Source: an uncultured Solirubrobacterales bacterium
Lineage (GTDB): Bacteria > Actinomycetota > Thermoleophilia > Solirubrobacterales > 70-9
Length of the DNA: 64,000 bases
Direction of reading: 5' to 3'
Assembly: GCA_903939845.1 (NCBI GenBank)
Contig: CAJAIJ010000050.1
Span: 76,456-140,455, forward strand
The first letter of the stretch is position 1. Every line of letters begins with the position of its first letter. A program made the translations under genes and the position numbers. Positions 29,207-38,809 of this stretch are shown here, one piece after another. A model generated the notes under the pieces. That model was not told where the DNA came from. It did no database searches and saw nothing but the letters and a program-made list of their open reading frames with translations.

Positions 29207-29935
29207 ATGAGCACGATCATTCAGGACATAGAGCGCAACCAGCTGCGCAACGACCTTCCCGAGTTCGCCCCCGGCGATCGGGTCCGGGTCCACTTCCTCG
29301 TGATCGAGGGTAACCGCAAGCGGCCCCAGGTCTTCGAGGGCGTCGTGATCAAGAGGCAGGGATCGGGCGCCCGGGAGACGTTCACGGTACGCAAGCAGTC
29401 CTTCGGCGTCGGAGTCGAAAGGACCTTCCCACTCCACTCTCCGAAGATCGAAAAGCTCGAGGTCGCATCTCGTGGACGGGTCCGACGGGCCAAGCTCTAC
29501 TACCTGCGCGGCAGGACCGGCAAGGCGGCTCGAGTGGCCGAGCGGCGCTGGGGAATCGACGACGACGTCGTAGCGGCCGGAGCCACCGGAGCGGTGGATG
29601 CCTCTGGCGAAGGACTCGCTCCCGAGGCCGTTCCCGAGGCCGAAGCTCCGGATGCCGTGGAGGCCGAAGGCGAGGCCGTCGAGAACGAGGAGGCCGGAGA
29701 GACTCCGGTCGAATCCGCTGCCGATGGCAGTGACGCCACGGCCGAAGTCGCCGAGAGCACCTCCGAAGAGAAGGCCGAAGAGCCTGTCGCCGAAGAGCCT
29801 GAACCGGCAGATGACGGCGGCACCGAAGATTCTCCGTCAGATGAAGCCGAGGCTCCTTCCGAGGGTGAGGAAGAGCCTGCCGCCGAGTCCGATTCCGATC
29901 AGGATGAGGCGGGCGAAGACGGGGAAGAGGCCTGA
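29207..29935 (+). CDS. rplS: 50S ribosomal protein L19 with a long acidic C-terminal extension
   Basis: The first ~118 aa are canonical L19 ([29 protein letters not shown]...[14 protein letters not shown]). They are followed by ~125 aa of E/A/D/P-rich sequence. Confidence 0.9.
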   Translation: MSTIIQDIERNQLRNDLPEFAPGDRVRVHFLVIEGNRKRPQVFEGVVIKRQGSGARETFTVRKQSFGVGVERTFPLHSPKIEKLEVASRGRVRRAKLYYLRGRTGKAARVAERRWGIDDDVVAAGATGAVDASGEGLAPEAVPEAEAPDAVEAEGEAVENEEAGETPVESAADGSDATAEVAESTSEEKAEEPVAEEPEPADDGGTEDSPSDEAEAPSEGEEEPAAESDSDQDEAGEDGEEA

Positions 29936-30561
29936 GCCCTCTCATCCCGAAGCCGAAGACTGCCCGCGGCAGCTTCATCGAACTGATCGTCATCGTCGCG
30001 GTTGCGGTCGGCCTTGCTCTCCTGATCCAGGCCTTCGTGGTCAAGCCGTATCAGATCCCATCCGGTTCTATGAAGCCGACGCTCGAGATCGGGCAGAGGA
30101 TCCTGGTCAACAGATTCATCTTCCATCTGACCGAGCCCCAGCCGGGTGACGTCGTGGTCTTCCACCCACCAGAGGCGGTCGCCGGGGCCGGCCCGGAGTG
30201 CGGTGCGGTGCCGCGGCAGGGTCAGAGCTGTCCGCGGCCTGCCATCCGGGAATCCGGAGAGACATTCATCAAGAGGATCGTCGCCGGACCGGGCGATGAA
30301 GTTTCGATCCGAAGGGGCATCCCGATCATCAACGGCAAGCGATCGCTTCCCGACGGCTACGAAATCACGCCTTGCGGTCTGGCCGGCCAGGGTTGCGACC
30401 TTCCCGTCCCCATAAAGGTCCCGCCCGGTCACTACTTCGTGATGGGAGACAACCGTGGCCAGAGCGACGACTCACGATTCTGGGGACCACTGCCCGAGGA
30501 GTGGTTGATCGGCAAGGCATTCGCCACCTATTGGCCGCTCAACAGGATCGGCGGACTCTGA
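29932..30561 (+). CDS. lepB: signal peptidase I (5' boundary needs a non-canonical start)
   Basis: PSGSMKPTL (catalytic Ser), [26 protein letters not shown]. The TM anchor [22 protein letters not shown] is encoded at 29971-30036, upstream of the first GTG (30037). The proposed start is CTG 29932. Confidence 0.8.
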   Translation: MSPLIPKPKTARGSFIELIVIVAVAVGLALLIQAFVVKPYQIPSGSMKPTLEIGQRILVNRFIFHLTEPQPGDVVVFHPPEAVAGAGPECGAVPRQGQSCPRPAIRESGETFIKRIVAGPGDEVSIRRGIPIINGKRSLPDGYEITPCGLAGQGCDLPVPIKVPPGHYFVMGDNRGQSDDSRFWGPLPEEWLIGKAFATYWPLNRIGGL

Positions 30562-30600
30562 TCCCTCGCTGCTCGGGGTCGGCGCGGTGCCAGATCTGAG

Positions 30601-31257
30601 ATGAGCCCCGATCGCAAGGCAGGATCACCGGATCGGGATCTGCTCTTCGAGTATGACCTCGAACTGGGATCGGATTTCGTGGTGGGTGCAGATGAGGCCG
30701 GGCGAGGCTGCCTCGCCGGTCCGATCGTCGCTGCCGGGGTCGCATTCGACAGGAACTGTCTCGACAGTCGGGGTGACGGGGAACTCGAGGGCCTCTTCGA
30801 TTCGAAGCGGCTGACTCCGACCCGTCGCAAGGCCCTCTTTCCGAAGATCGTCGCGACCGCATCCCGAATCAGGGTGGTGATGAGATCGGCTGCCTTCATC
30901 GATCGACATGGGATCCAGCGGGCCAATATCGAGTCGCTCACCGAGGCCGTCGCCGGTTCGGCGGACCTCCCGGATGCAACCTTTCTGATCGACGGATTCT
31001 CACTCGGTCCAGATGCTCCCGAACATCGACGGGTGGTCAAGGGGGATGCCACGAGCGCGACGATCGCGGCGGCCTCGGTGATCGCCAAGGTGATCCGGGA
31101 CGGATGCATGGAGCGTGCATCGATCCTTCATCCCGAGTACGGCTTCGACGGCCACAAGGGCTACGGGAGCGAAGCCCATCGCGAGGCGATCGCATCGCTC
31201 GGGCCGACTCCCATCCATCGGCTTTCTTTCAGGCTCACCGACGACGCCGGGAGCTAG
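30601..31257 (+). CDS. rnhB: ribonuclease HII
   Basis: VVGADEAGRGCLAGPIV...DSKRLT...KGDATSATIAAASVIAKV. Confidence 0.9.
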   Translation: MSPDRKAGSPDRDLLFEYDLELGSDFVVGADEAGRGCLAGPIVAAGVAFDRNCLDSRGDGELEGLFDSKRLTPTRRKALFPKIVATASRIRVVMRSAAFIDRHGIQRANIESLTEAVAGSADLPDATFLIDGFSLGPDAPEHRRVVKGDATSATIAAASVIAKVIRDGCMERASILHPEYGFDGHKGYGSEAHREAIASLGPTPIHRLSFRLTDDAGS

Positions 31258-31668
31258 CTAACTCCCCTCGGCCCGGAAGGCGTCCCTCAAGTGTTCCCAG
31301 GCAGCAACTGATCCGTCTTCGCCGAACACGATCCCGACCACATCGAACCTGACGTCCTGGACCTTCGAGGGCACTCGTCCCGAGCTCCCCTCCGTGGCCA
31401 GCCAGGCCTCGGCGAGCCTGGTCAGGCGAGACTGCTTCGCGGGGTCGACCGCCATCACGGGACGTTCCGGGCCAGGTCTCTCCGGCCAACCCGGTCCGGC
31501 CGACTTCACCTCGACGAAGACGAGCGTCCGGCGCTCGATCGCGATCAGGTCGATCTCGCCGAAAGAGGTGTGCCAGTTCGAGTCGAGAATCTTCCAACCG
31601 GCCCACCACAGCCTCCGCCTGCAGATCTTTTCGGCCCTACGGCCAAGGGTGAGCCTCTGTTTCGTCAC
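31258..31668 (-). CDS. yraN: YraN family endonuclease (UPF0102)
   Basis: GRRAEKICRRRLWWAGWKILDSNWHTSFGEIDLIAIERRTLVFVEVKS. GTG 31668 gives 136 aa. The track ORF extends to 31776. Confidence 0.8.
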   Translation of the reverse strand: MTKQRLTLGRRAEKICRRRLWWAGWKILDSNWHTSFGEIDLIAIERRTLVFVEVKSAGPGWPERPGPERPVMAVDPAKQSRLTRLAEAWLATEGSSGRVPSKVQDVRFDVVGIVFGEDGSVAAWEHLRDAFRAEGS

Positions 31669-31805
31669 CTCGACTCCCAGGTCGTCATTGCCGTTCGGGG
31701 TCAAGCTAGGCGCGGGACACCGACGGTCGGTAGCGCCTCTTTGAAATGGAACAGTTTCGTCACGAAGACGCATCACCCGTTGGCGTTTCCTGACTGCCTC
31801 GCTCT

Positions 31806-31811
31806 TAGGTT
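31806..31811 (+). promoter_or_regulatory. -10-like TAGGTT box 6 nt upstream of the comM GTG (leaderless candidate)
   Basis: TANNNT hexamer, 6-nt spacer. Confidence 0.4.
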
Positions 31812-31817
31812 CGGATC

Positions 31818-33311
31818 GTGCTGGCGACGACCCGATCCTTCACCCTCGATGGCCTGATCGTTCACGCCGTCAGCGTCGAGGTCGACGTAACCCGGGGGCT
31901 GCCCTCGTTTGGACTGGTAGGCCTCCCGGACACGGCGATCAGAGAGGCCCGGGAGAGGGTTCGGTCGGCGATGGTCAACTCGGGTTTCGAGTTTCCGATG
32001 AGGCGGATTACCGCCAACCTCGCACCCGCAGACATCAGGAAGGCGGGCCCTGGCATGGATCTTGCGCTGGCCGCAGCGCTGGCCTCGGCGTCGGGGGAGC
32101 TCGAAGCTGATCTCCTCGCCGGGTGGGCACTCGTAGGCGAGCTGGCCCTCGACGGAACGGTCAGACCGGTTCGGGGGGCGCTGGCGATGGCCGAGGGGGC
32201 GAAGAGACAGGGGCTCGCCGGAATCATCGTTCCCGAGCTGAACGGACCCGAGGCAGCACTGGCCGCCGAAGATGCGTTCGAGGTCCGCTCGGTAGCGACT
32301 CTTGCCGAGCTTGGGCGTGTGGATGGAGACAAGGCCCCGGGGAGGGTGCCGGAACCGATGAAACTGTCGACTCGGTCCCATGGCCCGGACCTGGCCGACC
32401 TCAAGGGTCAGCCCGGGCTGCGCCTCGCACTCGAGGTCTCGGCAGCGGGTGGTCACGGAATCCTCATCGTCGGTCCCCCCGGAGCCGGGAAGACGATGGC
32501 CGCGAGACGCCTTCCCTCGATTCTTCCGGAGCTCTCCCGGGAGGAGTCTCTGGAGATAGCCAGGATCGCCGGCATTTGTGGGTCCGGCGCCACACCCGGG
32601 ATGCGTCCTTTTCGGGCCCCGCATCACACTGTCTCGGCTGCCGGTCTGGTCGGCGGCGGCAGTCCACCCAGACCGGGCGAGATCACCCTTGCCCATCGCG
32701 GCGTTCTCTTCCTCGATGAACTTTGCGAGTTCAGGAGGCCGGCACTCGAAGCCCTCAGGGAACCCCTCGAGGCCGGCGAGGTGACGATTTCGAGGGCGAC
32801 CGGCTCTCAGACCCTCCCGGCCGGCTTCACTCTGGTCGCCGCCGCGAATCCCTGTCCGTGCGGTCGGGGCTCCTCGGACCCGCTGTGCGAGTGCCCGGCT
32901 CAGGCCGTAGGGCGCTACCGCAACACCTTGAGCGGGGCTCTCTCCGACCGGATCGACATCACGGTCGCGGTCGAACAGCCCGGACTCGAAGCGATGACCG
33001 GATCGAAGGGTGAGGGTTCGACAGAAGTGCAGGCGAGAGTTTCGGCCGCCCGCCAGCGGATGTCGGTCCGGCTGGGCCCGGGCAGGGGCAACGCCTCGGC
33101 GACCTCGGCGGAGACCGCAGAGTTCCCTATCTCGGAAGGAGCGTCACTTCTCCTGATCGATGCCGATCGACGGCGGGCCATGAGCGGCCGCTCTCACGAT
33201 CGGGTCATGAGGTTGGCCATGACTCTGGCCGACCTCGAAGGGACCCCCGAAATTGCGACCGGGCACATCGCCGGGGCCCTGCAGCTGAGGAGACGGGAAG
33301 GGGGGAGCTGA
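31818..33311 (+). CDS. comM: YifB/ComM family Mg-chelatase-like ATPase
   Basis: 497 aa. Lon-like N-domain (GLPSFGLVGLPDTAIREARERV), AAA+ (GPPGAGKTM, VLFLDEL). Confidence 0.9.
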   Translation: MLATTRSFTLDGLIVHAVSVEVDVTRGLPSFGLVGLPDTAIREARERVRSAMVNSGFEFPMRRITANLAPADIRKAGPGMDLALAAALASASGELEADLLAGWALVGELALDGTVRPVRGALAMAEGAKRQGLAGIIVPELNGPEAALAAEDAFEVRSVATLAELGRVDGDKAPGRVPEPMKLSTRSHGPDLADLKGQPGLRLALEVSAAGGHGILIVGPPGAGKTMAARRLPSILPELSREESLEIARIAGICGSGATPGMRPFRAPHHTVSAAGLVGGGSPPRPGEITLAHRGVLFLDELCEFRRPALEALREPLEAGEVTISRATGSQTLPAGFTLVAAANPCPCGRGSSDPLCECPAQAVGRYRNTLSGALSDRIDITVAVEQPGLEAMTGSKGEGSTEVQARVSAARQRMSVRLGPGRGNASATSAETAEFPISEGASLLLIDADRRRAMSGRSHDRVMRLAMTLADLEGTPEIATGHIAGALQLRRREGGS

Positions 33312-33313
33312 CC

Positions 33314-34411
33314 GTGACCCAACGGACCGGGGCCTGCCCGGAGTGTCTGCGCCGGAGTTGGCTGCTGGCCCGGCTGGCGCCTTTCATCGAGCGCTCCTGT
33401 GAGGATCGGCCTGGCCGACGAGTCCCTGAACTTCTCTCCCTTGGCGACGACGATCTCGTCAGGGCGGTCGCAGCTCGCAAGTCAGACGAGCTGCTCTCGG
33501 CCCATGGCGCGGTCGGCGATGCGGCGATGGCGGCGGCGCTGGAGGCCGTCGACTGCTGGTCCATCTGCCGGCATGATCAGGAGTGGCCTTCGGGTCTGCT
33601 TCAGGGAGCCGATGCGCCGCGCTGTCTGATCGGTCGCGGTGACCTGGGCCAGCTTCGAGGTCTCGAGCCAGGAGAGTCCACAACGATCGTCGGGGCACGC
33701 AGGGCCACTCCCTACGGGATGGGGATTGCCAGGCGACTCGGCTCGGAGGCGGCCCGGGCCGGTCTGGCGGTGGTCAGCGGCCTGGCGCTCGGCATCGACG
33801 GAGCCGTTCATCGCGGTTCGGTCGGTCGCGGGAGGTCGATCGCGGTCCTCGGGGGGTCGGTGGACAGGCCCTACCCGGCCTCCAACCGACCCCTCTACAG
33901 GGACCTGGTCGAGCGGGGCGTCGTCGTCTCCGAGATGCCCCCGGGCACGGCACCGCGCCGGTGGTGCTTCCCGGCCAGGAATCGGACGATGGCCTCGCTC
34001 TCCGGGATTACGGTGCTGGTCGAAGCCGCTCTTCGCTCTGGGTCACTGATCACTGCCGAGATGGCGCTGAGTGCGGGAAGAGAGGTCGGAGCGGTGCCCG
34101 GTCCGGTCACTTCCACCGTCTCTGACGGCTGTAACGAGCTGATCAAGACGGGCGCGGTCCTCGTCAGGGATGGCTTCGATCTGATCGAGGCGCTCTGTCC
34201 CGGTATCGGGAGAGAGGTGATCGAGGCGACCGCTCCGGCCGGCTCGATCGAAGCGAAGGTGCTCGAGGCCATTTCGGAAGGCGCTTCGACTCCCGATCAG
34301 GTTGCGTCTGTAACCGACCTCGAGATCGGTGAGGCAATGGTGGCCATCACCAGGCTCGAGTTGGACGGATCGATCGAAGTGGACCCGTCGGGCGCTTTGC
34401 TCCGGGCCTGA
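33314..34411 (+). CDS. dprA: DNA-processing protein DprA
   Basis: IVGARRATPYGMGIARRLG...VVSGLALGIDGAVHRG...FPARNRTMA. Confidence 0.9.
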   Translation: MTQRTGACPECLRRSWLLARLAPFIERSCEDRPGRRVPELLSLGDDDLVRAVAARKSDELLSAHGAVGDAAMAAALEAVDCWSICRHDQEWPSGLLQGADAPRCLIGRGDLGQLRGLEPGESTTIVGARRATPYGMGIARRLGSEAARAGLAVVSGLALGIDGAVHRGSVGRGRSIAVLGGSVDRPYPASNRPLYRDLVERGVVVSEMPPGTAPRRWCFPARNRTMASLSGITVLVEAALRSGSLITAEMALSAGREVGAVPGPVTSTVSDGCNELIKTGAVLVRDGFDLIEALCPGIGREVIEATAPAGSIEAKVLEAISEGASTPDQVASVTDLEIGEAMVAITRLELDGSIEVDPSGALLRA

Positions 34412-34478
34412 ATGGTGTGCGACCGGGAATCAGGGACGGCCGGATCCAGCAACGGCTACCCTCACTGCGGTGAGTGAC

Positions 34479-35306
34479 ATGACGCGTGTGAAAGAAGGCG
34501 ACAACAGGGTCCCGGCGGCGCTCTCGATCGCCGGTTCGGACTCCGGTGGCGGGGCCGGGATCCAGGCCGACCTAAAGGCCTTCGCGAGGTGTGGAGTGCA
34601 CGGGATGACCGCGATCACCGCGATCACGGCCCAGAACACGGTTGGGGTGGAGGCTGTCGAGGCGATACCGCCCGAGATCATCCAGGCTCAGGTCTCGGCC
34701 GTTGCGGACGACATCGGAGTCGATGCCGTAAAGGTCGGAATGCTGGGATCGAGGGCGACGATCGAAGCCGTCGCAAGGGCGATCGAGGGGCTTGGCGGGC
34801 CTTCCGCGGTTCCGGTCGTCGTCGACCCGGTCATGGTCGCCGAGAGTGGTGCCGAACTGCTGGATCCCGAGGCGAGGGAGACCCTGATCTCGATCCTGCT
34901 GCCACTGGCGACAGTTGTGACTCCGAACATCCCCGAGGCCTGCTCTCTCACCGGCCTCGCGGGCGATGCGGACCAGGAGGCCCTCGCCAGTGCCATCCGC
35001 GAGTTCGGACCTGAGTGGGTCGTGGTGACGGGAGGTCACAGCGACCGGATGGTCGACGTGCTCGTCGGTCCGAATGGCACGATCGAGATCGAGGGAGATC
35101 GGCATGAAGTCGACGCCAGCCATGGCTCGGGCTGCACTCACTCCTCAGCCCTTGCTGCCGGCCTCGCCCTGGGCATGGATGTCCCGGACGCTGCCCGGCT
35201 CGCCCGATCCGTCGCGTCGGCTTCCGTCGGCAGGGGCCTGGTGTCGATCGGCGCGGGCTCCGGACCGGTCGACGCACTCGGTATCGGTCCCATCCCGAAC
35301 GCCTGA
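34479..35306 (+). CDS. thiD: hydroxymethylpyrimidine / phosphomethylpyrimidine kinase
   Basis: [20 protein letters not shown]...VKVGMLGS...[15 protein letters not shown] 34479; GTG 34470 is an alternative. Confidence 0.9.
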   Translation: MTRVKEGDNRVPAALSIAGSDSGGGAGIQADLKAFARCGVHGMTAITAITAQNTVGVEAVEAIPPEIIQAQVSAVADDIGVDAVKVGMLGSRATIEAVARAIEGLGGPSAVPVVVDPVMVAESGAELLDPEARETLISILLPLATVVTPNIPEACSLTGLAGDADQEALASAIREFGPEWVVVTGGHSDRMVDVLVGPNGTIEIEGDRHEVDASHGSGCTHSSALAAGLALGMDVPDAARLARSVASASVGRGLVSIGAGSGPVDALGIGPIPNA

Positions 35307-35321
35307 CATACCGGTCGGGGG

Positions 35322-35327
35322 TAGGAT
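35322..35327 (+). promoter_or_regulatory. -10-like TAGGAT box 6 nt upstream of the ilvD ATG (leaderless candidate)
   Basis: TANNNT hexamer, 6-nt spacer. Confidence 0.45.
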
Positions 35328-35333
35328 CAGGCC

Positions 35334-37028
35334 ATGTCAGAGGAATCGAAAGCACCCCGTACCGACCTCCCCAGACCACGCTCGGCGGCCGTCTTCGATG
35401 GACCGGACCGCGCCGCGGCCCGCTCCTACATGAAGGGCATCGGGTTGACCAACGAGGACCTCTCGAAGCCGACGGTCGGGATTGCGAACACATGGACCGA
35501 CGCCATGCCCTGCAACTACGGACTCAGGACGCTTGCCGAATTCGTGAAGGAAGGAGTTCGGGCCGCGGGTGGCACACCCATGGAGTTCAACACCGTTGCG
35601 GTTTCCGACGGCATCACGATGGGAACCCAGGGGATGAAGTCTTCCCTGGTCAGTCGCGAGGTCGTCGCCGACTCGATCGAACTCATGGCCCGTGGCTACC
35701 AGTTCGATGCGATCGTGGCGCTGGCAGCCTGCGACAAGACGATCCCGGGAGCCGTCATGGGGGTGACCCGGATCGACATCCCCTCGATCGTTCTCTACGG
35801 AGGCTCGATCAAGCCCGGCCATTACGAGGGCAAGGACGTCACGATCCTCGATGTGTTCGAGGCGATTGGTGCCCATGCGGCCGGCAAGATCTCGGATGAG
35901 GAGTTGACCGAGCTCGAGGATGTGGCGAGTCCTGGCTACGGAGCCTGTGGTGGTCAGTTCACGGCCAACACGATGGCTTGCGCCTTCGAGGCCCTCGGGA
36001 TCTCCCCGGCCTTCTCGGCCATGGTGCCGGCGGAGGACGTCGAGAAGAACGAGGTCGCAAGGGGGATCGGAGAGATGGTTTTGAGCGTCCTCGCCGACGA
36101 CCTCCGACCGTCCCGGATCATCACCCGCAAGTCCCTCGAGAACGCCATCGCGACGATCTGTGCGACCGGCGGCTCGACCAACGGTGTTCTCCACCTGCTG
36201 GCGATCGCCAGGGAGGCCGGCATCGACCTCGACATCGACGTCTTCGATGAAGTGTCCAGGAAGACCCCCCTCATCGCCGACATGAAGCCCGGGGGGAGGT
36301 TCGTGGCTACCGACCTCAACCGGGCCGGCGGGGTTCCGCTGGTTTTGAAGCGGCTCAAGGATGGGGGACTCCTGCACGACGATGAGCTGACCGTCACCGG
36401 CCAGACCATCGGCGAGGAAGCCGATCGGGCCGAGGAGTCCCCGGGGCAGGAGGTGGTCCTCACGGTCGAGGATCCGCTCAAGGCCCAGGGTGGACTGGCG
36501 ATCCTGAAGGGGAACATCTGTCCTGACGGTGCAGTGGTCAAGGTCGCAGGGACGGAGCGAAACAGCCACGTCGGGCCGGCCAGAGTCTTCGAGAACGAAC
36601 AGGAGTGCTTCGCCGCGGTCAAGGCCGAAGAGATCGAGAAGGGCGATGTGATCGTGATCCGCAACGAGGGTCCTGCCGGTGGCCCGGGCATGCGGGAGAT
36701 GCTCCAGGTAACGGCGGCCCTGGTCGGCGAGGGAATGGGCGAGCATGTCGCCCTTCTGACCGATGGCAGGTTCTCGGGTGCAACGCGCGGCCTGATGATC
36801 GGCCATGTCGCCCCGGAGGCCGTCAAGGGCGGGCCGATCGCGGCAATCCGGGATGGAGACACGATCACGATCGATATCGAGTCGAGGAAGCTCGAGGTCG
36901 ACCTGACCGATGAGGTGATCGCGGAACGGATCGCGGCATACCGATCCCCCGAGCCCGCCTACACCCGAGGCGTGATGGCCAAGTACGCCGATGCCGTGAG
37001 CTCCGCCTCGCTCGGTGCGATTACCTGA
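35334..37028 (+). CDS. ilvD: dihydroxy-acid dehydratase
   Basis: 564 aa. [50 protein letters not shown]. Confidence 0.95.
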   Translation: MSEESKAPRTDLPRPRSAAVFDGPDRAAARSYMKGIGLTNEDLSKPTVGIANTWTDAMPCNYGLRTLAEFVKEGVRAAGGTPMEFNTVAVSDGITMGTQGMKSSLVSREVVADSIELMARGYQFDAIVALAACDKTIPGAVMGVTRIDIPSIVLYGGSIKPGHYEGKDVTILDVFEAIGAHAAGKISDEELTELEDVASPGYGACGGQFTANTMACAFEALGISPAFSAMVPAEDVEKNEVARGIGEMVLSVLADDLRPSRIITRKSLENAIATICATGGSTNGVLHLLAIAREAGIDLDIDVFDEVSRKTPLIADMKPGGRFVATDLNRAGGVPLVLKRLKDGGLLHDDELTVTGQTIGEEADRAEESPGQEVVLTVEDPLKAQGGLAILKGNICPDGAVVKVAGTERNSHVGPARVFENEQECFAAVKAEEIEKGDVIVIRNEGPAGGPGMREMLQVTAALVGEGMGEHVALLTDGRFSGATRGLMIGHVAPEAVKGGPIAAIRDGDTITIDIESRKLEVDLTDEVIAERIAAYRSPEPAYTRGVMAKYADAVSSASLGAIT

Positions 37029-37162
37029 GGTGACCCTCGACCTCCCTGACCCGGATGCCTCATCGGCCGTGGGGTGCTACCGGTAGTCTGGCCGAGCCGG
37101 CGGGTTTACCAGATGGGTTTAACCGTGGAGAGCGCACCAGGCCTTCGAAAGGGGATGGGCAG

Positions 37163-38809
37163 ATGAACGCAGCCGTAGATCAGTTTGAGGTTCCAGGGAT
37201 GAGCGGTTCGGGAGTCTCCCGGATGCTTTCGTGGCTGACGGTCTCCCTCGTCCTGCTCGCCGGACTGGCGGTCGCCGCTGCACCGGCTCGAGCCGGCGAC
37301 ATCCCGCCGCCGTCCGAGACCGTGTGGCTCTGCAAGCCCGGAATTGCCGACAATCCCTGTCTCGACGGCAGCTTCGGAGGAACCAGATATCTGGCCAACG
37401 GCGGGACGGCACCATTCAGCTACTCGCCGGCCCGCAAGCCCGGATTCGACTGCTTCTATGTCTACCCCACCCAGTCCGAGCAGTCCGGCCTCAACGCCGA
37501 CTACTCGAGGGACCCCGAACTCAAGGCCGTCGCCGTCAATCAGGCCGCCCAGTTCTCGCGCATCTGCGACGTCTATGCGCCGGTCTATCGCCAGTACACG
37601 CTCGAGGCACTCGGCAGGTTCGATGAGATCTCGGCCGGGGAGGTGGCAGAGGCCAGAGACATCGCCTACAGCGGCGTCAGAGATGGCTTTGCGGATTTCC
37701 TCACCAATCACTCCCGGGGTCGAGGCTTCGTTCTGATCGGGCACTCTCAGGGGTCCTCTCATCTCTCCCGACTCATCGACGAAGAGATCGACCCCAACCC
37801 GGTCCTCAGGCGCAGGATGATCTCGGCGATAGTGCCTGGCTCCAACAACATCTACGTACCGAAGGGCGGCGTCGTCGGTGGCAACCTCGAGAACATCCCG
37901 GCCTGCACCCGTGGCAATCAGCTCGGCTGCGTGATGGCCTGGTCGCTGTATCTGAACAGGGCCGAGGCGGGGCTTCCGGTCAATTCGAGCTTCGGGCGAC
38001 TCGAGACCGGTTACTGGGTCTACCCGGAAGATCGACCCGATTCCAACAGCTACGAGGTCCTCTGCGTGAATCCCGGACAGCTCTCGGGTCTTGGTGGCTC
38101 CTTTGGATCCAGTGGCGTCGGCGGCAACGGCGGGAATGGCGGCGCCGGTGGCAACGGTGGCATCGGTGGCTACGGTGGCTACGTTGGCAACGGCAGAGTG
38201 ATTACACCTCTGGCCAACCTCCCGGCCTTCCTCGGCCAGACCGACGCCGAAGACCCATGGACCGAGGGCCAGGGCCTCTACCGGGCCGAGTGCCTCTCGG
38301 GCGAGGATTCATCCTGGCTGGACATGAGCCCCGTCCCGGGAGCCTCGGCTTCGATACTCGACGGTGTGCTGCCTCTGATCAACGCCAACCTCGGAGGACT
38401 GCATACGGGGGACATCAATCTCGTTCTCGGGGACCTGATCGCGGTCGCATCGAGACAGGGAGCCCGTTACACGTTCTGGCGCGAGGCCGTGGCCGGGGCC
38501 CGGGCCGCTTCGCGGAGGGCCGTGTCCACGGGCAAGAAGGCCAAGCGCCTCGCAGCCTCCCAGCGCAGGACATCCTCGGCCTGTCGCAATGGTCGGAGCG
38601 CTTCCACCTGCGACAGGGCCAAGAGGCTGAGTCGTCAGGCGCGAAAGACGAGGGCAACGGCACGGCGCCTCTCGGCCAGGGCTTCGAAGCTCGCCCGGCG
38701 TGCCGAAAGGATCTACGGAACCTCGAGCCAGCCGGACCTCTGTCCTTCGGTCAGCCCTCTGGGCGGGGAGGCGGAAGCAGGGCCTCGCCCCGGGGTTCGT
38801 GTCTGCTGA
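37163..38809 (+). CDS. secreted lipase-like alpha/beta hydrolase (DUF3089-like) with a Gly-rich insert and basic C-terminal tail
   Basis: Signal peptide (LSWLTVSLVLLAGLAVAAAPARA/GD), a GHSQG nucleophile elbow, and YAPVYRQ. GAAAGGGGA lies upstream of ATG 37163. The family name is from memory. Confidence 0.6.
   Translation: MNAAVDQFEVPGMSGSGVSRMLSWLTVSLVLLAGLAVAAAPARAGDIPPPSETVWLCKPGIADNPCLDGSFGGTRYLANGGTAPFSYSPARKPGFDCFYVYPTQSEQSGLNADYSRDPELKAVAVNQAAQFSRICDVYAPVYRQYTLEALGRFDEISAGEVAEARDIAYSGVRDGFADFLTNHSRGRGFVLIGHSQGSSHLSRLIDEEIDPNPVLRRRMISAIVPGSNNIYVPKGGVVGGNLENIPACTRGNQLGCVMAWSLYLNRAEAGLPVNSSFGRLETGYWVYPEDRPDSNSYEVLCVNPGQLSGLGGSFGSSGVGGNGGNGGAGGNGGIGGYGGYVGNGRVITPLANLPAFLGQTDAEDPWTEGQGLYRAECLSGEDSSWLDMSPVPGASASILDGVLPLINANLGGLHTGDINLVLGDLIAVASRQGARYTFWREAVAGARAASRRAVSTGKKAKRLAASQRRTSSACRNGRSASTCDRAKRLSRQARKTRATARRLSARASKLARRAERIYGTSSQPDLCPSVSPLGGEAEAGPRPGVRVC
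38086..38193 (+). repeat. GGN-codon glycine-rich low-complexity insert inside the lipase-like gene
   Basis: Encodes LGGSFGSSGVGGNGGNGGAGGNGGIGGYGGYVGNG. The DNA is reiterated GGC/GGT-AAC/GGC triplets. Confidence 0.8.

Noticed and set aside
34412-34478. Possible TPP riboswitch upstream of thiD
   Set aside because: Only 67 nt are available, and they lack the conserved CTGAGA and ACCTGATCTGGATAATGCCAGCG-type elements.
38086-38193. GGC/GGT-rich reiteration as a possible CRISPR, VNTR or non-coding repeat
   Set aside because: It is in frame within a long ORF and encodes a Gly-rich peptide. There is no spacer/repeat organisation. I found no CRISPR-like array anywhere in the window.
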